DNA of 64,000 nucleotides from Haplodiscus bocki (taxonomy: Eukaryota). Both the position numbers and the translations under genes were made by a program. The DNA lies in NCBI GenBank assembly GCA_965655095.1, contig OZ296648.1:193874001-193938000 (forward strand), written 5' to 3'. Every line of letters starts with the position of its first letter. The first letter of the stretch is position 1. A model generated the notes under the pieces. That model was not told where the DNA came from. It searched no databases and worked only from the letters and a program-made list of their open reading frames with translations. Shown here piece after piece: positions 1 through 13,700 of the stretch.

Positions 1-298
1 GACTTGATGAACTCACTCGCTTTCTTCATTCGGCATGATCATCATGAAGCCACAACGGAAACAATCACTGAGTTCAAAAAAAAAAACAGAGAGAACAACA
101 GTTGGGAGTTCCAAAATTGCGTAAACTTCGAGTGGATGTTTCAGTTGCCTTTTGAATTCATATCTGAAACTTAGAAAATCATTTTCAGATAAAATCACGC
201 GATAGGATATGAAATGTTTCAAAAGCCACGAGTTGGCCAAAAGAGTTAGCTCGGAAATGGACATCTTACCAAATGTAAAATCCTGTAATCTTGTTCAG

Positions 299-503
299 GT
301 GTGAGAGAGAATGCCTACAATCAGAACATTGCGACTCTGAAGGTAGGCAATGGGGGCCAGGCGGGGTCTGGAGGGAGTTCTTCAGGTGTTGGTGCTGCAA
401 GTACAACTGAAAGCGCTCTTCAGTTCATAGCTGCTCTGCAACAGGCACAGAGTCTGTCTGCTCTTGCGGCAGCAGGATACAGTCACTCTGCTAATCCACA
501 TCT
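299..503 (+). CDS. CEP192: CEP192-like exon, low-complexity G/S/A-rich segment
   Basis: ttgttcAG acceptor, open frame, donor ct|GTAAGT (phase 2) matching the next exon. Confidence 0.7.
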
Positions 504-3500
504 GTAAGTGACCATCTGTTCTGTACAGTTTTGCGATTGGATTGTCGTATTTGTTCGTTAAAAATTCAGAAGAAAAGAGCCCTCGAATTAGATACGGAAG
601 GCGAAAGATGTTATAGGGACTACGTTGACTTTTTTCCACACCACTAAATCTGTGTCGCGGACACTTCTGTCTCACTTAACGATTTCAACCTCACTTGTCG
701 CTTAGGCTGTAGTGCTGCGTACCGTGCTAGAGGGCTAGCTATTATTTAATCAATCCGAAAACGTAAGAAAAGTGTCTTTAAGTTGCACAAGGCGGCATTT
801 TTGCAGATTTTGCCCTATTCCCTATTAAAAAATTAACCAAAAATCGCTAAAGTTGCTATTTTTGTCCGAATTTTTGCTATATCCCCCACAAAATGAGCAA
901 AACTACTTTTTTGCGCAGACTTCGACTAAGTTAGTAATAACGTATAACTTTCGAGAGTTTTCGCTTTTTGTGAGAAGAAAAAATCGAAGTTTTTGTTTTT
1001 TTTTCACGAAAATACCTAAATTTTGGTCTTCTTCCGGGTGTTTCGTTCTGCTGACTTGCGCATCATCTATTCATCTGCGAACCAGCAGTAATCAATACAA
1101 AACATCAGAAATGAGATTTTTTTTTCGAAAAATGGCTCTTTTTAGTCTATCATAAAGTTATTCATAAATAGCTAATTTCGCGTTTCTTCCAAAATTGTCG
1201 CACTTTTCTTTTGATATAAACTTCCTGGCTTATAGTTTAAAATAATAAGATACAGGAAAAATCTAGTAAAATATGGCATAATGTTTCAAAATTAATCTTC
1301 TTCCAGGTTTTTCGATGATACATTGTATGAGAAATAGCTAATTGCATTTAGGAAATTCTGCTCCCCTACCTTCTAATTTTGCTTTTAAGTTTCAATTGCG
1401 TGGAAAATGCATCTGAAACGACATATACAGAAGTTTGTCATGAGATTTTAGATGTTTCGCAAAAATAAAATTAGAAAATGAGGAAAACTTCACTTTACGA
1501 TTACTTTTCAAGTTGGCGCTTGGGAAAAAAGTGCCGAATATTTCAGTGATTGCTTCTTAGTCCGCGTTTTGAAAAAAAAGCCGACTGTTACAGAGACCTC
1601 TTTTCCGTAAGACGCTCTTACTTTGATGGGCCCACTCCTCATTAATTTTTTAATCGAATAATATTACAAAATCCTACCAACAAAATGCTACCAAGGCTCG
1701 GGCAAAATTCTGCGCAACGATTGGGGGAAAGTTGAGCGTTTATACTAAACTTCTTAAATATTGGCGGAAAATCGATAGATTGCTGATCTTTTCTTTTGGT
1801 ATACTCAAGTTTTCTTCCAAAACAAACTAATGTATCGAAAGACTGGTTTTAATATCTAGTTGTTCGTCGATTTTCCGCCAATTAGGTCCACCAATACGCG
1901 AACGTTGTCGGAAAATCGAGTACCGGATAATCGAGAGTTTACTAAATTTAATTTTTGGTATGCCGAGTTTTCTTCCAAAACAGAAACAATGGTTTCAAAA
2001 AAAACAGTTGTAGTACCCTGTTTTCCCTCGAATTTCCGCCAAATAGGTCTGCCAATTCCCGAATGTTTTCTCTACCTTTCATTTGCATAAGGTTTTTATT
2101 TTCATCGGAGTCGGCATCTACTGAAACAAAACATCTGAAGCTACATTTTAACTTGGCCCTAACAAAGATCAAAAAGAGTTATCAGTTGTGTGAGATTGTA
2201 GATAATTGTAGAATAATTTTCTCTTGCAAACAATCTCTACTAACCAATCCTTCGGTAGTTCATCATCATTCATACTTTTCGTGCAGTTCTATAAACACGA
2301 TTTGATCTGAACCCCAAAGTTGCGTTAACTTGAAGCCGCATTGTGAATTCCGTTATCACTTCGTTTGATGCCAATGAGAGCAAGAAATTGAACCAGTAAC
2401 AACTTTTGGCTTTTGTTTGTTCAATTACAAATCAAAATAGTGGGCACCTCACTGAAGTACTTTTTTACAAATGATCCATCAACCTATAAAATCAAAAAAC
2501 CTCAAAATCATCATCGAGGCAACCTTCAGTGCTTTCCCCAGTCGAGAAGACAATGAAGACATTGATGAATCATCGATGTTGCCATCGAAAAATGAGTCTT
2601 GTTCATTAAAGCGACAACAATGCAGGATCGATCGATGCAACGCTGATGAAATATTGATGATTTTGATGCTAACATTAAAAGATCATCAATGATTACAAAC
2701 AACAATGCATAATGTTCTGAAACATCGATGTTTGATTCATAATTTGTCGATTATTCTTACGTCGAAGAGACGTACATCGATGTAACATTGATGAAAAATT
2801 AGTGAATCAGTTGTGAATCATTGAGGTCCGGTTCGCAATTTTAGCTGAAGGAAAAGTATGTTTTTTTTGGATAAATTTCTTCAATTGATGATTTTTTGGT
2901 AGATTTTTTTTCATATTGCGCATTGACGTTGAAACGTTACCCCTTTATACCTCTATTACAGGTATAACTCACAATCGGTGCATGTATGTTCCACTGCACT
3001 GTCACATAAAGCCAGTACCAAGATCTTGTTAGGAATGAACAGCACATTCGTGCAGCATAATAATGAAGACCTGACCCACGGGATGAGCCTAAGAAAGAGT
3101 GCCCGATACACATAGCACACAAATCTATCAGCTACAGTCCTTATTCATTAGTTTTAGTTTTTTGACTTGGAAAATGTAAGAACCCATCTGTCGCTTCCGA
3201 ATATATAGTTTCGCGTTGGTTTAGAAAACTACGGTAAATATCTGATCCAAAAAGATGTATTCTTTATCTCGGACAATCATAAACTTCCTTGGAAACGATT
3301 TACGGTTAAAGAATACAGTTATTCGAATACACAGCTGAAAAGAAAGTGTATGTTGAGAAGTCAATAAGATGCAAAGTTTGAATAATTCGAAATCTCAGGT
3401 GCAGCTTTAACAACCAAGATTGGCTTCAAGATTTTGCTTTCATTTCTGCATTGCATTTTTGGGCGATGAAAGCAATTTGATCTTGAAATTCTAATTAGTT

Positions 3501-3626
3501 CTGAAGAGGTTTGCCCAGATTGAAAATTGGCAGTTGTAAGAACACCTTTTTATAGTTCAAAGTATGTTTTACATAATTGTTCGTGCCTTATCTGGCAACT
3601 AAAGAATGACAGCTACGGTTTTGTAG

Positions 3627-3994
3627 GATTGAGCCCTCGAAGTTTTTCTACAACCTGGTCGCCTCTCAATACCCTTCGCAGGTGTACGGAGGCGGAGGGG
3701 GCTCCTCTCAACCTCTATTAACATCTTTCTTCAACTCCATGATCAACAACTCCCTGAATGTACCCACAGGTGCACCACCCGCAAGGGTATCTACTCCCCC
3801 ATCCAATCCAGCAAGTATGACGTCATCATCGGGGCATGACGTTACGGGCAGTGTTGGCAACACGACTACAACTTCGTCGAGAGGGGATACAGCAGCAATC
3901 TCTATGTCTAGTGGTGGCGTTGGTGGTACATACAATGCGAACGCGTACTTCCAAACTGCAGCGAGTGCTGCTGCGGCTGATGCTTCTATATTCC
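3627..3994 (+). CDS. CEP192: CEP192-like exon, low-complexity S/T/G/P-rich segment
   Basis: ttttgtAG acceptor (phase 2), open frame IEPSKFFYNL...ASIF, donor c|GTATGT (phase 1). Confidence 0.75.
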
Positions 3995-5214
3995 GTATGT
4001 TTAACCGTCTTTTCCTCGTTATTCAAAATTATTTGATCGGATTTTTAACAGGCTTATTTCAGGATATTTTCCGCCTTCTAAATTGCGGGAGAAACGTTGG
4101 AATGCCGTAATTTGAATTAATGTCTAAAAAGTTCAAAATTGCATCGAAAATCGAATTTTTTGCACAAAAACATAAAAACCTAAATTTTGGCAACGGTAAC
4201 CATTTTTGAGAAAACCACTATGCTATACGCATTCCACGGGAAATTTGGAGAAAATTGGTGAAAGTTAAAAATTTTCTACGTCAAACTTAAAAATTTTTTA
4301 CGTGCACTTTTGCATCATCGTGCAATTGGCAAACTGGATGTAAGAAAAACCTGAATGCTAAATTTTCTTTCCAAATATGAAATATTGGACGGAAAATAAA
4401 AAGTGTCAAAAGACTGCTTTTCTTTGTCGCGTGTCCCTTTGTCAGGTCGTGGACAGAACATTTTAGGTTGCCTACTACAGAGTTTGTAGTTTTTACTGTC
4501 ACTAGTCTGCGACAAACTACGTGACAATGAGTAATAAAAGCTACGATGATAGTGAAAGATCGAACCCTCAACCTTTCAATTGACTAGATGGTTCGCCACT
4601 TGCTTACCACTGCTCTAATAAATCCTTAACCACAAAAACCAAACCAGCGTTAAGTAGTAATGGATTTACCAAGTTACAAAAATGACAGTTGGTGAGTGGA
4701 AAAGTATTTGTGTTCAACTTTCAATTGTAATTTCAAGTCGTTGGAAGAAAACGAAATTATAGTAAATCATCTAACGTTCTCTCCAAAAAAATTGAATTGA
4801 GATTAATGCTTGTGATTAAAACAGTGGTAAAAAATTGGGTATTTTTCGCAAATTTTGCGAATTTGGCTTGAATCAGTGGCGGCTATTTTTGACCAAAAGA
4901 AGCCTCTTTCACAGGAATATATTCGTGATAGGCATACATTTTCTAACATAACCAGCAGTTTTTAGGCATTAAGGTTGTCTTAATGCCTATAGATTTTACT
5001 TTTTTCTTCGCAATTCACAAACGTCGGCGTGACTGAGCGAGGCTGAGCGCTAAAGTGAACCGGATGAGTGGTTCTGATTTTTGACTTATTCTTTTGCATA
5101 TACTTTGCTCCGCTTCCCCAAGGTAGAGCGAGCGTCACAATTTACTCTTAGATTTTAAACACTTGTGCTAATTGATTCAAATATCCTCAAATTTGTCAAA
5201 ATCATTCCCGCTTT

Positions 5215-5560
5215 TTTCACACTAGCAAACCCTTCCGCTAGATCGGCAAAATATGTTTTGAATCTGTCCAAGACATTTTAAAGACCCGTTTACGTATTTT
5301 GGCTTCGTATTCACTATTATCACGTTGATTGAATAAAGCAGGCGAGTGAATGTAGCGGACGACTTGATGAACTCACTCGCTTTTTTCATTCGGCATTATT
5401 ATCATGACGCCATAGTCGAAACACAATCAGAATGTTTTAACTCGCTTTTTATTGGCTCGCTATTTTCACTTGCTTGCTTCGGCAAAGGGGTCAGAAAAAT
5501 TTTGATAGTTTTGAAAAGCCGAGACATGGTTCACATCTCCATTTTATTGAGGATTCTGAC
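5215..5560. repeat. Copy of a dispersed repeat family (others at 1-75, 10300-10625, 24730-24790 reversed, 54720-54945)
   Basis: Shared blocks tagcaaacccttc.gctag.tcggca, gacttgatgaactcactcgc..cattcggcat.at.atcatga.gcc, and ctcgcttttt..ttttcacttgct. Confidence 0.8.
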
Positions 5561-6698
5561 TGAGGGAATGTGTATTGGAAACCGGATGACGCATAATTTT
5601 TTTTGAATGGTGTCCAACGCTTCCATTTTGACGTTATCAGAGAGTCTAGTCGTCCTGTGTAAATGGTCGAAACGGTTTTTTTGGCTGGTGCTTGTTTATT
5701 TTCACATTCTGAAAAGTGTGAAATTTTTTAACATTGGTCTCAAAAATGAACGGCAGCGTTCTAAAAGGTAATGTTTCACTTAAAAATGTTTTGAATATGA
5801 AACAGTGTGGTCAGTGTAGTTGGTCTTCCCGAGATACGTTACATGTAAAACTTTCCAGCTCTCAAAATGGTTAAGATTTGTTGTTAAGACATCGGAACTT
5901 CTTTCAAGTCGGCTCATAGCGCCAGTTAATCTTCAAAATTGACATTTCCACTGAATCTCAAATTGTGAAATTATCACTTTAGGGGCATAATATGACACTT
6001 GCTTGAACTTGTTTGCATTTTTTAATGTTCCGGTTAAGAGTCACAAGTCATCATGATTTACAACTGAAATAAGAAATTTTTGAAGCTATTTCGACCTCTT
6101 GTTGACTAATATTAGCCATTTTGATTGCTCGATTTTTTTGTATGTAACATTTCGGGGACACTTAGTATTGTGCAGTTTTTAAGTTGTTTTCTGTGTAAAT
6201 CTTTTCGATGTTGAACGAATCTAAAAAGACATGATTGACTTTTCGAATATGAAACACTGTGAAAGGTACTTTTCTGAGTTCAATTTTGACGAACTACCTT
6301 TGGATAGACTCCGGTGTAATATTTCTAAAAGTGTCAATCATGTATCCGATCAAGGTTCAATTTTCTCAGGACCTTTGATGTTTAAACTTTATTTTTGGTA
6401 TCAACTGACTAGTCAGAATGTTTTGCGAAGTTTCGCTTCGCCTCTGTGTTCAAAATGGTGGCTAATCATCGTGTCAAAATTTTATTGATTCCGAAAGCGT
6501 CAAGAAATTGCGGACTCTTCAAAACGGCAAAACTTGACCAGTAGACCATTTGATGCTCCATGTTTTTCTATGTTTGAATAGGCTGCAATTTTCGGCGTAA
6601 TCGGAATTTTTGCTAAATTCTGATTCCGTTTTTATACTATTCTAAATTCTAGCGCCTAATGCCTTTCATCTTTTATGCCTCTTTTTTTTAATTAATAG

Positions 6699-6980
6699 CC
6701 AAAAACATGGGCGACGTGGCCGACTACTCTAACCCAATGTTCAACGAATCGCTCGCTGCTTCTGCCACAATGAACAACAGCCATATCCGCCTGAACAACT
6801 CTGCTCCTCCGTTTGAAGGCAGTCGAAACAACAGCAGCAGCACGGTGCACAGTCAGAATCATCTGCTGTCGGAAGCGCACTCCAAAGGGTCCTCTCCTGT
6901 ACAGTCGGAAGAGTGGAACAGAAACAATCTCAAGAAAAAGGTGAAGAGAAACGAGAATGTTAACGGGTCTGCTCACAAAA
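6699..6980 (+). CDS. CEP192: CEP192-like exon
   Basis: Polypyrimidine tract plus taatAG (phase 1); ORF 6707-6985 frame; donor a|GTTAGT (phase 1). Confidence 0.75.
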
Positions 6981-7309
6981 GTTAGTTATTTTGTCCCCTT
7001 GAAACTGAGGGCAGTGATGTACATTGACAAGAATCATTTGAAGTATACTGATTGAGGGATACTGAAAAACTCTTCAAGTTAGGGCAGTAATTTACAGAGT
7101 TGGAAGAATACATCAAAAATGGAAAAATAAATACAAGACGAACTTCGAAAACGTCAAAAATTGACTTTGAACGTCAAAAATGTTGCTAAATATTTTTCCA
7201 AGAACTTCAAAACACTGGCAATATTTGGTTTAATCGTTCAGAAAGAGTAAAAAGTGTTAAATATTTTTCAAAATTTGGGCTGTAATTTTCTGCAAAATGC
7301 TTCAACACC

Positions 7310-7610
7310 TAACAAGCCGGGAAGGGCTCGAGTCGGCGCCGCACGCCATATCAATAGGGGTCCGTTGTTTTATTATGACTTTAGCATCAAAAATTTGGTA
7401 TGCTTGTACTTGTTAGGAGGAATATATAACCGTTCTTCATTTGGGAGTGCACGAAATCGGCTCTTCCCTTTCTTCGAATACACTGTGAAAAAAAAGCTAG
7501 CCACTGTTATAGTCGGGGACTTTTACTCAATTGTGAAGCGCAGACCAAAAATTCCAAGAATTTTTGTAGTCAAATCGTTTTTTTTTCAAACGGAAGGATG
7601 CTTGTTAAAG
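7310..7610. repeat. Copy of a second dispersed repeat family (others at ~53140-53610 and ~53620-53960)
   Basis: Shared acaagccg.gaa.gg..c.agtcgg.g..gc.cg and aaaa.gcca.tgt..tagtc.ggc.ctttt blocks. Confidence 0.65.
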
Positions 7611-7872
7611 TAATGGTAATAAATTTATCACAAGTTTGTCCGCTAAGTTCTTGCTAGCCCAAAAATGGAATGTTTCTCAAAGCTATATATCGGTTAAAAA
7701 ACGGTTAAACGAAAAACTAAAGACGACCAGAAGTGGTATATTTTGGTAATTCAAAAAATATCATGCAATTGGCAAGTTTCGCTTTTCACCGTAAAGAAAA
7801 GGTGCGCGGCGAGTGAATGATTCCCCCAAATTAAAATATTAAAATTTACTCTGTTTTTCATTGTGTGATTAG

Positions 7873-8081
7873 AGTACAACAACAATAACAGCTTGGCATG
7901 TTCTACTGGTTCTGGATCAAGTAACAGTGCTCAAGCGAGGAGTAAGAAGGGCACGTTTTGTGTGGTGACTCCGGACGAGGTCGGATCTTCTTCCTACCAC
8001 TGCACAGAACTCTCTCACCCTATTTCTGTCCAAATATGGAACCCCACCAACGTCCCTGTATTGATCAAGACCAGCATACAG
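7873..8081 (+). CDS. CEP192: CEP192-like exon, start of the SPD-2/ASH domain region
   Basis: attAG acceptor (phase 1); VVTPDEV..HCTELSHPISVQIWNPTNVPVLIKTSIQ resembles the first SPD-2 domain strand; best-fitting donor is cag|GC (phase 0). Confidence 0.7.
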
Positions 8082-9203
8082 GCATGGCTCAATACATCTT
8101 TGTATTAATTTTGCATGTATGTTTACACTTGCGCAATCAAAAGTTATATCACAGGTTTTTGTCGACTTTTCCGATCCGTTCACAACTCGTTTTTGTGCTC
8201 ACAGTAGTGTTAAAAACAAACCCATCAAGAAGCTCAAAATAGACCTAATTTGAGAAATCTCATTGGCTAATTAATATAAATACGCAAATACTATTGGTCC
8301 AATGGAGACAATTTTTTTGATTTTGCACCTTCGCTTAATTTTGAGTGTGTTACACAATACTTTTCGGGGAAAATTTTTTCCCCCAAAAGAATTTCCTGAA
8401 GCCACTGATACCTTTTAATAGCAAAGTTATGAAAAGAACTTTTTAAGAAATGGAAGTTTTAAAATTTACAAATTTGAAAGTCCAATCTTAAAACATTTAA
8501 ATTCAAATTTCGCTATTTTGGGATCTCAATTTTTTTACTATTTCAAATTAGTTTTTGATTCAAAACATATCAGTGGCTTCAAGATATTCACAGGAATTTT
8601 TTGAATTTAAATTGTCTGAAAAAATTTTTTTAAAATGGATCAAAAAAGAAAACCGCCAATTTCAGCCAAAGTTATCCAAAAATGGCTATTCGCAAGTTTT
8701 GCAATTTTGACCGTAGACGTTTCAAACAAAAACAATTGTAAAATAGATGAACTTCTAAGAAACTTTAAGTCAATACATTTTTTGATAATCTTAATGGTTT
8801 TTGTGATATTCGAATTTGAGCTTTGATGCATTTATTTTCGAGGCTAGTCTACATTCTAATGATCCTAAATTTATTTTTAAATTCTGTGAGCAGAAAAAGT
8901 TCCCCATTATTACACCTTTGAAATCGACGAAATGCTAAAAATTTTGTGATGCCATAATTTTGAATTTTAATACTGGCCTGTATAGCGCCTCTAGAGCAGG
9001 AGTATAACGTATTTCTCTAAGCTAAGAGCAACTCAACTGCATGCTTTTCCCAAAATTTATCGCCAAGAAATTCATTTTTTTTTGTAATGACACCCTTTGC
9101 GTCCAAGCAAAAATTGTTCGGGCCAAAAAAATGTTGAAATTTGAGGTGTCTCAGTTCGTCGTCTCGTACAGTTATAACAGCCATCCCTGTTTTCTGTATC
9201 CAG

Positions 9204-9475
9204 AAGCTGACGATGGTCGTAGACTCAAAATCGGGAAGCACTTCCTCCTCGCCAATAGTGGAGTCGCCCTTCAGCATCGAGGGATCGTTCATGCTGGACG
9301 CACAAAACAAGGACTACTTGAAGATTGTGTTCAGAAGCAAAACTGCTGGCACATACCACGCAGATCTGAATATCGAGGCCACTCCTGTGCACAGTGTGTC
9401 GGCAGACAAACCAAAACTGTCTTTTATCAAAACTATCAAGCTCACTGCCAGTGCAACTGATGTTATGATTGCCAA
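9204..9475 (+). CDS. CEP192: CEP192-like exon, ASH/Ig-like domain
   Basis: tttctgtatccAG acceptor (phase 0); LKIVFRSKTAGTYHADLNIEATP..IKLTASA; donor aa|GTATAT (phase 2) matches the exon at 23891. Confidence 0.75.
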
Positions 9476-9900
9476 GTATATCAGAAACCTGGACGGGTTA
9501 GAGAAGTTTTTATTGTGCATTCACTTTTATGAGGCAATAAAAGATGACGCAATCAAATTTCTTGTGAGATTGCTTTCGTTATCAACATTTCCGCTCTCTG
9601 ACGGAAGCAAGAGCGGAAATATGTCATGACCTCCCGGATGTGAAATATTTATTCCGCTCACTAGTTTTGCTAGTGAAAAGCAGCTCAATGGGCTTTACTT
9701 TCTCAAAACAGCTGTTTTTGACGCCTTGTACTTTTAGGCAGCTCGTCGAAGATTTTGCTGAACTCTTTTTTTTCTCGAAATTTTGCCCTATGTCAGCTTT
9801 CTGTTTTCTGCTTTTTAACGAGCTATTTTTTCACTGCTTACTGCTTCACACTTCTCGTGCCTACGTTTCCGAAAAGGTTAATGTTAAATCATGTGTTATT

Positions 9901-10055
9901 AGCATTAAAAGAAGGGGGTTGAGAGCCATTTATGAATCTTTCCATTTAGAGTAGTCGAGTTAGAGCCACTTATTGCTCCTTAATCTTAAGACGTTACCAA
10001 CTCTTAGTTTAACTTCATGACAAATTTGACAGCTTATCTAGTTTAGTTTTCTGAC
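9901..10055 (+). repeat. Left terminal inverted repeat of the Polinton
   Basis: agcattaaaagaagggggttgagagcc...gcttatctag aligns to the reverse complement of 23697-23852 at roughly 80-85% identity (manual count). Confidence 0.9.
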
Positions 10056-10752
10056 AGTTATCAAACATTGAAGTAAAGATTTCGCTGCGGTTCAAATATC
10101 GAATAATATACATACTGTTGAAAAGTTCAAGCCTCATCTTATTTTTAATTAAAATCGTTATTGGAATCCAAAATTTACCGAATTGAATTGAAAGCATTTG
10201 ACAAATTTTAAAAAAATCAGAGCGCATTGTGCCTCAAAATTTCAAAAATTGAACTCAAATAGAGGAATAGTAAAAAAAATATATATACCGATTGAAATAG
10301 ATTATACTAGCAAATGGTTCTGCGGGATCGGCAGATCGAATTTTCAATCGGTTGAAGTCTTTTTAATGATACGTTTTTTCAGTCTCTCATCACGCGTAAT
10401 GAATGAAGCAGGAGAAAATATGGCGGACGATTTGACGATCTCACTCGCTTACTTGAATTTGCAGGATTGTCGTGACGCCAAGGCACAATCACTGAGCTTC
10501 ATTTTCTTGCTTTTTGTAGGCCCGCTGTTTTCACTTGCTGACTTCGGTCTTTCGGTAATGACGTGAAAACTTTTTGATAGTTCTGAAAGCTGAGACACGG
10601 TTCACTCCATTTTATAAAGGATTCTTTGAAAACTGTACGAAATCATTATGTACTGCAATTTCAAACCGATTCTCGACAAGGAATTTTATATAAGCTCACG
10701 ATACTGATACGTTGTAAGAGTTCACTTTTATTTTTCAATGTTCCTGAGCAAA

Positions 10753-13700
10753 ATGGTTCAATGTGACGAATGCCACAAAGTTTTCTAATCGGAACGCACT
10801 TTGTATCAGCCTATTCGCCAGAAACACAATAAAGAGCCAACATTGCATCTACGGAATTTCGTTTGTGGTCACTGTGATCCAAGTGTGTCGTCTTGCTTCA
10901 ACCTTCTTCGCCACATTCGAATTTTTCATAATTTGATTGGTAATTTCCAATGTCTATCATATTCACTTGTGTTCGGATGCGAAGATTTGCTCGAAACCCA
11001 TGAGAAACATATCCATCTTCAAGCTTCGCGCTCTGCTTTGTTTCAGCGCCCCGTCTCTGACCATAAATTAGAAGCTTCTTGTGTTCAAAATTCAGTAAAC
11101 GATTACTTCAAAGTTTTTCGTTTGAACTTCGGACCCGAAAACGTGGAAGCTTTCCAATTTTTAATTCCCAATGAACAGAGTATCATATCTTTTGTTAACG
11201 AGAAGCTACCCGCTTACGGGTCAGAGAGAGTGGGGATAACTATACATGTAAAACTTTACAAACCATTGTAAAACCACTTTGTTACAATATATTTTCATTC
11301 ATCGATGGCGCGTTTAGCCCATCAGCTGGACACAGACGAGTATACCAGCATGACTGACAGCTTGCGTTCTCAATTGAATATTTTTTTGTTCTGGGGGATC
11401 TGGATGGGCTATTGGAACTCTAAAAATTTTGGAGATCAGGATGGCCGGTACTTTCAAAGGAACTGTTTCATCTTTTACTGAGACCCCAACTGAACTCAAA
11501 CAATTCTACCGAAGTTTGCTTAACATCAAGAATAGGGATGATCGCTTTGCTTTCTTTACGCTGTACTTGCGGGTTTATTCCCGCAAAAAAAGCATTCTGA
11601 GCAACCGTCTTCCTACTCGCCTTTCATGGATGAACTCGTATATGAGATATCTGATTTTCCAATGATTTTGAGCAAAAGACTGACTTTTGAAAAACGAAAA
11701 TATATTTCAATATCTGTTTATCCTTACGAGGAAGGCAGGCTTTTTACGTGTTTTATGCAAAAACTCGAAAGTCTCGACGGAAATTAAAGCTTCTGCTGCT
11801 GGTCGAGGAACAGAAAAGTCACTATTGGCTAATCAAGAACTTGTCAAATCTCATGCATCATTTGGCTCGGTCTTCGCGAAAAAGATTGAATGGTCCAAAA
11901 AGTGGATTTTGAATCCACTGTATGCAACCAATTGTGAAACACAACTTCCTGCAGCACGTCCAATTTTGTCAACACCACAAACCTCTGGAAATAAAATTGT
12001 CGGAAAGCAAGAAGAAACTGGCATTCGAAAATTGGAAAAAAACTCAACCTAATCCGTTTGTTGTATATGCAGGCTTGGAAACAATGGAGGTGGCGTCCAA
12101 TGGAGTGGGTGCAAACAACAATCCAAACACAATTGAAATTGAACGCCAATACCCTGCCAGCGTCGGAGCTATCATGGTTGACTCGAATTGTTGTTTTTTT
12201 TTCAAGTCTTACCAATTCTTACGTTTTATTTCGCTTTGAACTGTTTCTGTTGACAAGTTGCATGTCATGTATCTTGTTTCAAGAAGAATTTTAATTTATT
12301 TTTTTTTTGTTTCTGCAAATTTTATTCAGAAGTCGGAGTCTTATCGAGGAATCGAGTGAATTCCGAAACTTATGGAGAATCTTCGCTCTTGGTTAAACTG
12401 GGCTTCTGGGCCCAAACAGACCTTCCGATGGCTTCAAATGTCTCAGGCAGAGCGTGGAAAATATTTATCCCCACTTACAGTCATCTGTTGCATTTTTGTA
12501 CAAACGGTATCGCTGTCGGAGCGTGTTATCCATCAGTGTCCATCAGTGGTTACCATCAGTGTCTTATAACTGGTAAAATTTATGTTGTGGCCCACTCTTC
12601 CTGCAACTTGAAGGCGCGATCCACCAATTTTTTCCCAATTTTTTTCATAAGCGATCACGGTACGATGCACATCACGTTATCGAAAGTTCGGAATATCTCC
12701 CTGGTGAAAACTTGACTGCAATATCCCGAATAGATGAGATCTACGTTTCTTTAAGCATATCTGTTCCTGTTGGGTCTTATATCACATAAAAGGTAAAAAT
12801 GTACAAGTTAAAAATAACCTTAGTTTCCTCGGTAGCTTCCAGTTCTTTCCGCTAAGTTTGGAATCTCTGGCAAAATCTCTGAAAGCGGATGATGTGGACT
12901 GGAAGCTGCTTCTCGCAAAGGTTTCTTCCCATATTCATTCCTGGTTTCTTTTCAAAATTTTAATGAAACCCTCCCAAGTTATGGCAATGACTGGAAAAAT
13001 ACCTTAACAGGCCAAATTGATATTTCTGAGGACAAATTCTTTCAAGCGTTAGAGATCTACAATCGTTTTGGCTGTCGCACTCGGAGACTTTCATGATGTG
13101 TACTTACGAACAGAAGTTTTGATTCTAGTGGATGTTTCTGCAAAATTTCGGCAGGTATGCATGAAAGTATATCAACTAGATCCAGCTCACTTCGCATCTG
13201 CCCCAAATCTGAGCTGCGAAGCAATGGTGGTGACAACTTGCGTTGATTTGGGTTTATTGACCGACATCAAGTTGTTGCTGTTTTTCGAGAGGGGAAATCG
13301 GGGAGGTATTAACGGAATTGAGCTGCCCCACTTTCAGGCGAACAATAAGGATTGGGACATTTTTTTGCATTGAGAACAACTGTTTGTGGTGCATTTTTTG
13401 ATGTAACTTTGTATGCCGGTAATTTACAGCAAACTCTACCCTTGGACAACAATGATTGGAATTATACATTTTTTTTGGTTGATATCCTTTCTACTGGCGA
13501 TGATGCAGTGATTGGATACTTTGTTGAAGTTGATATCATTCATCCTTCCCATTGACATGACTCTCACAATAATTCATCTTTGGCGCCCGAAAGAATAGTG
13601 ATTCAAGAATGATGGTTATGTCCCCACGCGAAATCCTTCAATGTTAAGTTACCAAGTGATGGAATAGAGATGTTAGTTGAAACATTGTTGGATAAAAGTC

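Noticed and set aside
2962-3115. Phase-compatible alternative terminal exon after exon 299-503
   Set aside because: Only about 50 codons, with no homology or other support; cannot be distinguished from chance.
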